From the UHGV virus genome UHGV-1357133: a stretch of 23,509 nucleotides of DNA. One strand, 5' to 3'. This DNA comes from a virus. The translations under genes and the position numbers were made by a program. Under the pieces are notes generated by a model. That model did no database searches. It was not told the DNA's origin and worked only from the letters and a program-made list of their open reading frames with translations. Position 1 is the first letter of the stretch; each line of letters opens with the position of its first letter. Below are positions 1 to 6,696 of this stretch, piece by piece.

Positions 1-54
1 AAGCAGATGACCGCCTGGCGGAAGAACTTACTTACTGGACGGACTAACCCATGA
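1..54 (+). CDS. 3' end of an upstream gene (partial, hypothetical)
   Basis: Frame 1 is open from the window edge to TGA at 52-54, which overlaps the ATG at 51-53 of the next gene (ATGA coupling). Too short to assign a product. Confidence 0.35.
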   Translation, partial: KQMTAWRKNLLTGRTNP

Positions 55-533
55 AAACTAACCACCCGGCGCACGGTCCTGTATCACTCGATCGCCTGCA
101 CCAGATACGCGAAATACTCAGCAAAGCAGCAGCACAAAGCGACGGAGGTAATCTCGGCTACGCAATGGCTGATGCTGTGAAGGTGATTGACGGGGTTCTG
201 GAGTCGATAGTCCGCGAACAAGTACGCCGTGAACATGCAGCATGGTCACTGGCTACTTTCGGCGATGTCGGTCCAGTTGGTCCGCTGAAGCACCTTTCCA
301 AAGAAGCGCTCGAGGCGGCAGCTGAACCAAGTGACCTTACCGAATGGGCTGACATGCAATTCCTGTTATGGGATGCGCAACGTCGTGCCGGTATCAGTGA
401 TGAGCAGATTACCCTGGCGATGGTAGAAAAGTTGGCGGTTAACAAACAGCGCGAATGGCCTGAGCCGAAAGATGGTGAGCCGCGTTTGCACATTAAATCT
501 GATCATCAGCCAGAGACAGAACGAAAAAAGTAG
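51..533 (+). CDS. DUF550-like phage protein (sometimes annotated dATP/dGTP pyrophosphohydrolase-like)
   Basis: 160-aa ORF with ATG start coupled to the upstream gene. The C-terminal half (EWADMQFLLWDAQRRAGISDEQI...) resembles DUF550 proteins of lambdoid prophage early regions, from memory. Confidence 0.65.
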   Translation: MKTNHPAHGPVSLDRLHQIREILSKAAAQSDGGNLGYAMADAVKVIDGVLESIVREQVRREHAAWSLATFGDVGPVGPLKHLSKEALEAAAEPSDLTEWADMQFLLWDAQRRAGISDEQITLAMVEKLAVNKQREWPEPKDGEPRLHIKSDHQPETERKK

Positions 534-614
534 AGCGCTGCGATACCTGTACTGAAGGCGCTCGCGGCGGATGTGGAACATGTATTTTTAACGGTAATTT
601 TTGATGAGGTGCTC

Positions 615-800
615 ATGACTACTACCGATTTTATGGAAGAACAGGAAGTATTTAACCTGCTTGGAAAAAAGAAAACCGCGGTATGGCGTTTACGTAAAGA
701 CCATGGTTTCCCTATGCCTGTTTTGACATATCCAACACGCTACAGTCGTAAGGCCGTAACGCGTTGGTTAGAAGATGGGGGAATTAATAAATCTAGCTAA
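615..800 (+). CDS. alpA: AlpA-family helix-turn-helix protein, putative excisionase / prophage regulator
   Basis: The track ORF begins at a GTG at 573, but the ATG at 615 has a GAGG Shine-Dalgarno 5 nt upstream. The product (EVFNLLGKKKTAVWRLRKDHGFPMPV...SRKAVTRWLEDGG) matches the AlpA/Vis/TorI pattern that accompanies P4-type integrases. Confidence 0.75.
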   Translation: MTTTDFMEEQEVFNLLGKKKTAVWRLRKDHGFPMPVLTYPTRYSRKAVTRWLEDGGINKSS

Positions 801-820
801 GTTAGTACAGTTCACATCAA

Positions 821-1336
821 CTAGGTGTTTTTTTGATCTTCAAGCATTTTTTGCAACTCTGGGTTGTCGTTCGCTTGAGTTGCTCTGTGTGAATTGTACT
901 CTTCAAGAGTTTCATTACGTTCTTTTAATTTTTGAGTGTAGGTATTGCTTATAATATCGTGGCGATCTTGTAACACCTGTTCAAGTTGCTTACAGAAATC
1001 GGCAATCTTCTCTTTAGAGATAATGTCTTTATACTTTTCAATATTTTTTCTAAGGAGTTTTTCTTTTCTTTTATTAATACTTAATAATTGTCTATTTACA
1101 CTGCCTAGTGACCATTTGAACCCAAGCGTTTTAATCCAATGAGACAAAAACATTGCCAAGCATGGGAGTGCAAGTAATATCCATGACTTAAGCGAGGATA
1201 AATCTGAATCTATAAACGATAAATGACCATCCCAAGATGCTACAACTAAAGTAACAGCCCCAGTCAAGCCACTAGCAACAGCATTCGAAATAAGAGGTAC
1301 TTTTTCGTAACTTTCAGGTGTTGATTTTTCAGTCAC
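821..1336 (-). CDS. hypothetical membrane protein (two predicted TM helices, charged coiled-coil C-terminus)
   Basis: The track ORF is 821..1366, but the GTG at 1334-1336 lies 5 nt after an AAAGGAGG Shine-Dalgarno and overlaps the stop of the upstream gene. Hydrophobic stretches VPLISNAVASGLTGAVTLVVASW and WILLALPCLAMFLSHWI are followed by a K/E-rich tail. Region is AT-rich. No family recognised. Confidence 0.6.
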   Translation of the reverse strand: MTEKSTPESYEKVPLISNAVASGLTGAVTLVVASWDGHLSFIDSDLSSLKSWILLALPCLAMFLSHWIKTLGFKWSLGSVNRQLLSINKRKEKLLRKNIEKYKDIISKEKIADFCKQLEQVLQDRHDIISNTYTQKLKERNETLEEYNSHRATQANDNPELQKMLEDQKNT

Positions 1337-1577
1337 CTGCACCTCCTTTGACTGCTTTTCCGTCACGGATTGCAGCCATAGCTACTTCATAGAACTCATC
1401 ATCAGTTGAAACATCAACAAACTGTTCATGGCTAACACCCTCATCATCAACGTATTCTAACAACAACCTATGCTGTGGAGTGCACATGTAGCGTATACGA
1501 TCAAAGAGAATCTTGAAGGCCCAGTATAGCACGGGGAGGACGCTGAAAAAGGCCAGCCAGAAAGCAAAAGCTGTCAT
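1329..1577 (-). CDS. hypothetical small membrane protein (N-terminal TM helix)
   Basis: 82-aa ORF with ATG at 1575-1577 preceded by AGGGGGGG 4 nt upstream. N-terminus FAFWLAFFSVLPVLYWAFKILF is hydrophobic. Sits 23 nt downstream of the 291-aa gene and overlaps the next gene. Confidence 0.6.
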   Translation of the reverse strand: MTAFAFWLAFFSVLPVLYWAFKILFDRIRYMCTPQHRLLLEYVDDEGVSHEQFVDVSTDDEFYEVAMAAIRDGKAVKGGAGD

Positions 1578-1600
1578 GATCCCCCCCTAATTTAACTTGG

Positions 1601-2476
1601 TTATAAAAGTTCGTTCACTCTATCAACTATGTAGGTTTTGTCCAGAGAATTCAAGTTTTCCCGAACAAGCAGGTCAACGTAGTAAACATCGCTAAAAATC
1701 CTTGATTCTCGGCCTGTACGAACCCGTTGCAAGAAGTCTTCATCTTCTATTGTAACTGTTACAGTTTCGTCTTCATAATTCGCGCGCCATCCGGTATTTT
1801 TGTCCTTGTGAATAGTAAGGAAGGTAATTGGTACATCGTCGAATTTTTGTTCAGAATATGACTGTTCCACAGGAACTCTGCGATATCTAAACGGCTCAGC
1901 TTCTTTTTCGTTAACTACCACAAAGTCCTTACCTTGAGAGTTAGAAATTTTGAATGTTTCATACCCCTCTTTTTGTAATGGGTTGTGTATTATTTTAGAT
2001 AACGCCTTCCGTATACTAGGTGATGACAGTAATGGCCTAAAGTACGACGGAGCGACAATCTCTTGCCCATCTTCAAGAATAATTTTGCAATCGCCATCTG
2101 CTGTTAAAGCAATTTTTTGAATTTGCCGCCCACTAATAGAACGGATTATTTCAATTAAAGTACTTCCGGCTGCGACTACACCAGTTCCTCCTATACCTAT
2201 GATACTTAAAATATCTAAATATTGTGTTGGATTTTGTATTACATCAATTAAATATTCAAATGACCCTTCGCGAAATGGCTCCACATCTACATTGAGATTC
2301 TCACTGGTACCATTGACAATTAAGTTTACTTCTTTAAGTAGATTATTTAATCCGTTGAGAGATTCAGTTAAAATATCAAGGTCTATTTTATGATTCTTTA
2401 GAGCTTCACCATCATATTTAACTACCAATTTATCAACTACTTCACCTTCATCCGTTACATTTCTTTTATTTTTCAT
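1601..2476 (-). CDS. hypothetical protein, 291 aa, predicted soluble, with a glycine-rich GIGGTG loop
   Basis: Long ORF, first gene of an AT-rich three-gene operon, ATG preceded by AGGAA. No TM segments seen. No family recognised from memory. Confidence 0.65.
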   Translation of the reverse strand: MKNKRNVTDEGEVVDKLVVKYDGEALKNHKIDLDILTESLNGLNNLLKEVNLIVNGTSENLNVDVEPFREGSFEYLIDVIQNPTQYLDILSIIGIGGTGVVAAGSTLIEIIRSISGRQIQKIALTADGDCKIILEDGQEIVAPSYFRPLLSSPSIRKALSKIIHNPLQKEGYETFKISNSQGKDFVVVNEKEAEPFRYRRVPVEQSYSEQKFDDVPITFLTIHKDKNTGWRANYEDETVTVTIEDEDFLQRVRTGRESRIFSDVYYVDLLVRENLNSLDKTYIVDRVNELL

Positions 2477-2567
2477 AATAACAATTCCTATTTAAGAAAT
2501 AAATATGACTTCTGTTGACTCTAAACATTTTCGTTCTAAAAATATACACTAACATACAGCTAAAAAA

Positions 2568-3737
2568 TTAACATATTTGCTTAATATGCCAGAAGATTTT
2601 GTCTGCATACAACTCATATGCCTCTTTCTGCTCCACCAGCCAATCGTGTTTGTTATAAACCGCCATCACCCCTCCCAGTTCATGCCCCAGCATCTTTTCG
2701 GTGACATGGGGCATAACCCCTTCTCCTGACAAATTGGTTACCAACGACCGCCTGAAGTCGTGCGTTCGCCATTCTGGTATATCAATTTTATCCCTTAACT
2801 TTTTCATGTAGAGATTTGCTGACGAACGATCTATGGCCTTGTCCAGTTCCTGCCCGGGGAAGAGAACATCGTTACCTGAATTAAGCAGCCTTTCCACGAA
2901 TGGCTTTACTTGGTCGAAAACAGGCCTGCGAATCACATTTCCCATCTTGGAGTGCTCTGATGGAGTTGTCCAAATCAAATCATCCATATTGAACTCGCTG
3001 GCGGTAGCAAGGCGAAGTTCCGACAACCTTGCCCCCCAAAGCAACAGAAGCTGATGAAGTACCTTGTTAGAGGTAACGATCTTGTTGTTTTCCAGCGCTA
3101 ACCATATTTTTGCCAACTCGGTATAGGTGAGAACCCGGCTACCAACATCAGGTTTCTTTCCTATGTTCTTAACACTGAGCTTCAAGACTTCGCATGAAGC
3201 GATCAACTGTCGGCTTATACACCAGTTCATTACAGATCGGAGCTGGAGAAGCAGCACTCTGGCCTTTTTTCCGTTTTTCTTTTCCTGCTTGTCGAAGAAC
3301 CTTACCCAGGCTGAAACAGGAATATTTACAACCGGTGCATCCGGGAATTCTGTGTACATGGTGTTGTACACAACAGACTTGTACAACGTTTGCGTATTTG
3401 GTTTCAGCGTTTCAACATACTTGCTCCACCACTGATCCAGACACTCTTTAAGTGTTAGCTCACCATCTTCTTTAGCAAAATAATTTTTAGGGTTTAGTCC
3501 CTTGAGGTACAATTCGCGCATCTCACCCACGATGACACGAGCATCTTTCAGAGACATTGCCGGATAGCGCCCTATAGTAAGGCGCACTGGCTTACCGTTC
3601 CAACGGTAGCGATGTTGAAACGTAATCGTTCCTGTCGGGGTTATGCGTACACTTAGACCGTCACCATCTGTCACTTCGGGTGCGCCGTTGTAGGGCTTAG
3701 CATTGATGCTGCGAAGTTTGGTATCACTGAGGGCCAC
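2568..3737 (-). CDS. int: tyrosine-type site-specific integrase, P4-like family
   Basis: N-terminus ALSDTKLRS...GLSVRITPTG...WNGKPVRLTIGRYPAMSLKDAR matches the arm-binding domain of P4-type integrases; the C-terminal region (HDFRRS...LGH...Y) fits a tyrosine recombinase catalytic domain. The track ORF starts at GTG 3758; GTG 3737 gives the family-typical MALSDTK N-terminus. Start is uncertain. Confidence 0.85.
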   Translation of the reverse strand: MALSDTKLRSINAKPYNGAPEVTDGDGLSVRITPTGTITFQHRYRWNGKPVRLTIGRYPAMSLKDARVIVGEMRELYLKGLNPKNYFAKEDGELTLKECLDQWWSKYVETLKPNTQTLYKSVVYNTMYTEFPDAPVVNIPVSAWVRFFDKQEKKNGKKARVLLLQLRSVMNWCISRQLIASCEVLKLSVKNIGKKPDVGSRVLTYTELAKIWLALENNKIVTSNKVLHQLLLLWGARLSELRLATASEFNMDDLIWTTPSEHSKMGNVIRRPVFDQVKPFVERLLNSGNDVLFPGQELDKAIDRSSANLYMKKLRDKIDIPEWRTHDFRRSLVTNLSGEGVMPHVTEKMLGHELGGVMAVYNKHDWLVEQKEAYELYADKIFWHIKQIC

Positions 3738-3741
3738 GGCT

Positions 3742-3794
3742 CTGTATCCTGTACACACTGAATTTCAGCATTCTGTACTCAATCTGTACGCAAT
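3742..3794. repeat. cluster of CTGTA(C/T) direct repeats, including tandem CTGTACTCAAT / CTGTACGCAAT
   Basis: Four CTGTA(C/T) copies read directly within 3742-3794, spanning the integrase start and its upstream region. Possible protein-binding sites; function unknown. Confidence 0.4.
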
Positions 3795-3946
3795 GGCAAG
3801 TGAACGAAGTGATTTTCTAAGCGGAAGAATGAGAAAGGATAGGAAATAAAAGGAATGAAATGCTTGATGATACGGGGAATGATAGGATAACATGCGACTC
3901 AAGCTGAATGCTTGAAAATCAGTTAGATATATGTCCCCTTAGTTAA

Positions 3947-4001
3947 ATGGATATAAATCAACATTTCACTAATAAATTGTTTTTATTGAATTTATATCCA
4001 T
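3947..4001. repeat. 12-bp perfect inverted repeat ATGGATATAAAT / ATTTATATCCAT with 31-nt AT-rich spacer
   Basis: Arms at 3947-3958 and 3990-4001 read directly from the sequence. Located in the AT-rich intergenic region between int and dinI. Function unknown. Confidence 0.5.
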
Positions 4002-4057
4002 AATTAATTTAAATAATGTACTCATTTATGTACACATAAATTCAACTTAACCCGTGC

Positions 4058-4105
4058 TTGACGTATGCTCCTGAAATAGCTTAAATACTGTATATCCAAA
4101 CAGTA
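4058..4105 (+). promoter_or_regulatory. dinI promoter with overlapping LexA (SOS) box
   Basis: -35 TTGACG (4058-4063), 17-nt spacer, -10 TTAAAT (4081-4086). TACTGTATATCCAAACAGTA (4086-4105) fits the CTGT-N8-ACAG LexA consensus and overlaps the -10. AGGAG Shine-Dalgarno at 4111-4115 precedes the ATG at 4123. Confidence 0.8.
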
Positions 4106-4122
4106 AAGTAAGGAGAAAAAAT

Positions 4123-4362
4123 ATGTTTGTTGAGCTGGTTTATGACAAGCGTAATGTTGAGGGATTGACGGGAGCCAGAGAGATCATCCTGGCTGAACTG
4201 ACGAAGCGTGTGCATCGGATTTTCCCGGATGCAGAAGTGAAGGTGAAGCCGATGCAGGCAAACGGCCTGAATAGCGACGCCAGCAAAAGCGATCGAGAAA
4301 AGCTAAACCGTATGCTTGAGGAAATGTTTGAAGAAGCCGACATGTGGCTGGTTTCAGAATAA
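4123..4362 (+). CDS. dinI: DinI-family DNA-damage-inducible protein (prophage homolog)
   Basis: 79-aa product with the DinI pattern (FPDAEV...acidic C-terminus EEMFEEADMWLVSE) and a LexA box immediately upstream. Strand is opposite to the neighbouring tail genes. Confidence 0.85.
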   Translation: MFVELVYDKRNVEGLTGAREIILAELTKRVHRIFPDAEVKVKPMQANGLNSDASKSDREKLNRMLEEMFEEADMWLVSE

Positions 4363-4521
4363 GAGCATTGTTTTGTCATATTGCATATGTAGAATCCGCA
4401 CCGGCTGGCAATCATTCAATACTCGCACTATCGAACGAACGCCAGCCTGCCGCCGCACGTTCTTGCATACGACGAGCGGCGACATCTATTAAAAGGGAAA
4501 AAGGACTAACTGCCCCTTCCT

Positions 4522-5718
4522 TTACTGCCCTTTCAGTTTGGCAATCTCAGCTTTTAACTCTTGCACTTGGCCCATTATCGCCAGGATTGCTTCATGGTGA
4601 AGTGCCGCCGCGATGCCGTAAGTATCCACTGATTCGACATTTTCAATTTTTTCCCCGTCAGGTAGTTCATAAGTCATGTTGTTGTTTTTTATCGCACCAG
4701 GAAAATATGTCCTGGCTTCACTAGCCACAAAGCCGAACCCTTGTGTTTGCGTGTTTTCATAAAACCAGGAATATCCACGCATGCTTTCCATCGCCACGAG
4801 TGGTTCAGGAATTGTCTCTAACAGGCTTTTTACCCTGATGTCTGATACAGGTTGCCAGTTACCAACCGCCCTGCCATCCGGGAAGAAGTTAAATGAGCTA
4901 CCAGATCCATCTGATCCGACATACAATTGCACAGCCCTGACATCGGTAGAATCACCACGAACAGGACCCAGAGTTAACCCACCATCAAACCATGTTGCCT
5001 GTAAATATCCAACGAACGCACCAGGGGAAATAGTTGCTGCATTGTTCCATATTTTTATGCCATTCACGTTTGCGGAGTTTTTTAAGCCTATATAACTTCC
5101 CGCAGTCGCATATATAGAACCATCAACAGTGCCGCCAGATTTATTGTTTATAGTCAGTAATCTGTTATCATCTCCAGCCGCTACAGTTCCAGCCACTGTT
5201 CCAATATTCTTTGTCGCGCTACTTCCCAGGCCTAAGTTTGTGCGAGCACCTTCTTCAGTGGTTGATCCAGTACCGCCCTGATTAACAGGCACAGCTCCAC
5301 CGGATTTAGTAGCCATGTTATCAGACAAGTATTTCCATGATGGTCCGCTGTATGTACTGCCGTCCGGCAACTTCACTGTTATGTTTCCAGATGCGCTGTA
5401 TACCTGCTGCCAGTTCTGCTTGTCGTAATTCAGTCCACGTAGCGCTTCTGCACTTTGTGCAACCAGCGCTGCAGTTACCATGTTGAGCGCCACGCGGGGA
5501 ACGGCAGACCACGCAGCTTCGGACTGTGTCGGCCCTGTGTATGCGCTGACCAGCGTCAGGCCCGTGTCACTCTCTACCGATTTAACCGGCAGAGTGTATG
5601 GTACACCTCCGACCATTACTACAACGAAATCTCCTGCAGCGAGTTCCGTTACAAATGAAGTACCGATACCCGTCACAATGTCAGAGTTATTGGTCAGGGT
5701 TAAAGTTCCTGCGGACAT
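4522..5718 (-). CDS. tail fibre protein with C-terminal intramolecular chaperone (peptidase S74-like) domain
   Basis: 398 aa, Gly/Ser/Thr/Asn-rich fibre-like sequence. C-terminal region contains SDIRVK followed by a coiled-coil tail (QVQELKAEIAKLKGQ), typical of self-cleaving chaperone domains. GAGGAAAT Shine-Dalgarno upstream. Confidence 0.75.
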   Translation of the reverse strand: MSAGTLTLTNNSDIVTGIGTSFVTELAAGDFVVVMVGGVPYTLPVKSVESDTGLTLVSAYTGPTQSEAAWSAVPRVALNMVTAALVAQSAEALRGLNYDKQNWQQVYSASGNITVKLPDGSTYSGPSWKYLSDNMATKSGGAVPVNQGGTGSTTEEGARTNLGLGSSATKNIGTVAGTVAAGDDNRLLTINNKSGGTVDGSIYATAGSYIGLKNSANVNGIKIWNNAATISPGAFVGYLQATWFDGGLTLGPVRGDSTDVRAVQLYVGSDGSGSSFNFFPDGRAVGNWQPVSDIRVKSLLETIPEPLVAMESMRGYSWFYENTQTQGFGFVASEARTYFPGAIKNNNMTYELPDGEKIENVESVDTYGIAAALHHEAILAIMGQVQELKAEIAKLKGQ

Positions 5719-5728
5719 GGTTATTTCC

Positions 5729-6688
5729 TCAGTACATGTTTGGAAGGATTAAAACGGGCATATTAATATTCTGGTTAAATGACATGTCGAATCCGTTGTC
5801 ATTATAATTACCGACTACCTGGTTATACGCTGACCTGACATTTCCTCCTGACATTACAACGCCTTTTTTTCTTACATTGAAGTATCCATCGACTCTCCTT
5901 GACTGCGCACCTGTAAATACTATCTGGCAATATTTATCACCTACATACTGATTACTGTCGGTCATGGTTAATTGCTGGTCAAATACAAATGGTCGCTTCA
6001 CTGTTGAAAATGTTACCTGTCCTGCTGAATTTGTCATGGTGATGCCATCACCGGCTACAGGAGCGGTATTATTGAAAATTACCAGGTCCATTGTTACAGA
6101 TGCGGAAACATCATCCCTTCCTGAATAACTGATGTCTCTTACAATAATATTTGTTCCGTCAAATCCTACAGATACATTATTGTTATTCCATTTCCCGAAC
6201 GGTATTCCTGATACGGGAAGATCCATCGAACCGTTGACTGTCACCGTGCCAACGTAAGCACATGTCATTAATTTAGCCTGATTTGAAATTGCCGTGAAAT
6301 CAGTAGAGTTGGAAACGAGAAGTCCTTCGTTGTAGGTAGTGGCAGGAAGAATTTCAAATACTGTTCCTGCCCAGTTTGGTATTCGCTGGTAGTTGCCCCT
6401 GTTTGTACCGTTAACAGTAACACCACTGTCTCCGTTTCTTGTCACTGATGTCATATATATCGGCAAAACAATCCATGTTTGATTGTCAGCAAATTCCTGT
6501 ATGTCAACAGGACGTGTCGGCAAAACAAAAACTGTAGAACCCGGAGTTAACGGAGTATCGACGCGAAATTGATTCGCTCCGGTTCCGTTCCCTGAAAAAC
6601 TGGCACAAAACGACGGGGCACGAAGCCCCGCGGTAATAGCCATCACAGGACGGCCATCGTTATAATCTATCAGTATTCCTTCCGGCAT
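5729..6688 (-). CDS. phage tail protein, putative receptor-binding/fibre-associated (family not recognised)
   Basis: 319-aa ORF immediately downstream of J with AAGGTGA Shine-Dalgarno. N/T/G/S-rich composition suggests a beta-rich fibre protein. Function assigned from position and composition only. Confidence 0.55.
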   Translation of the reverse strand: MPEGILIDYNDGRPVMAITAGLRAPSFCASFSGNGTGANQFRVDTPLTPGSTVFVLPTRPVDIQEFADNQTWIVLPIYMTSVTRNGDSGVTVNGTNRGNYQRIPNWAGTVFEILPATTYNEGLLVSNSTDFTAISNQAKLMTCAYVGTVTVNGSMDLPVSGIPFGKWNNNNVSVGFDGTNIIVRDISYSGRDDVSASVTMDLVIFNNTAPVAGDGITMTNSAGQVTFSTVKRPFVFDQQLTMTDSNQYVGDKYCQIVFTGAQSRRVDGYFNVRKKGVVMSGGNVRSAYNQVVGNYNDNGFDMSFNQNINMPVLILPNMY

Positions 6689-6696
6689 ATTTCACC

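Noticed and set aside
821-2476. Considered that the three-gene AT-rich operon is a lysis cassette (holin/endolysin/spanin)
   Set aside because: Location is wrong for a lysis cassette, which would be expected upstream of the terminase genes beyond the right window edge. The 291-aa protein shows no lysozyme-, amidase- or transglycosylase-like motif I can recognise, and no embedded lipoprotein (Rz1-like) frame was evident. Kept as an unassigned accessory module.
3759-4057. Searched for a tRNA or tRNA 3' fragment next to the P4-type integrase
   Set aside because: No T-loop-like GGTTCGAATCC motif or acceptor-stem/CCA arrangement seen; the region is AT-rich repeats instead. A short att core matching a tRNA end cannot be excluded without the host sequence.
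4344-4724. 126-aa plus-strand ORF spanning the dinI 3' end and the tail fibre 3' end, and the minus-strand ORF 4140..4415
   Set aside because: Overlap better-supported genes on both sides (dinI with LexA box, tail fibre); no start context.
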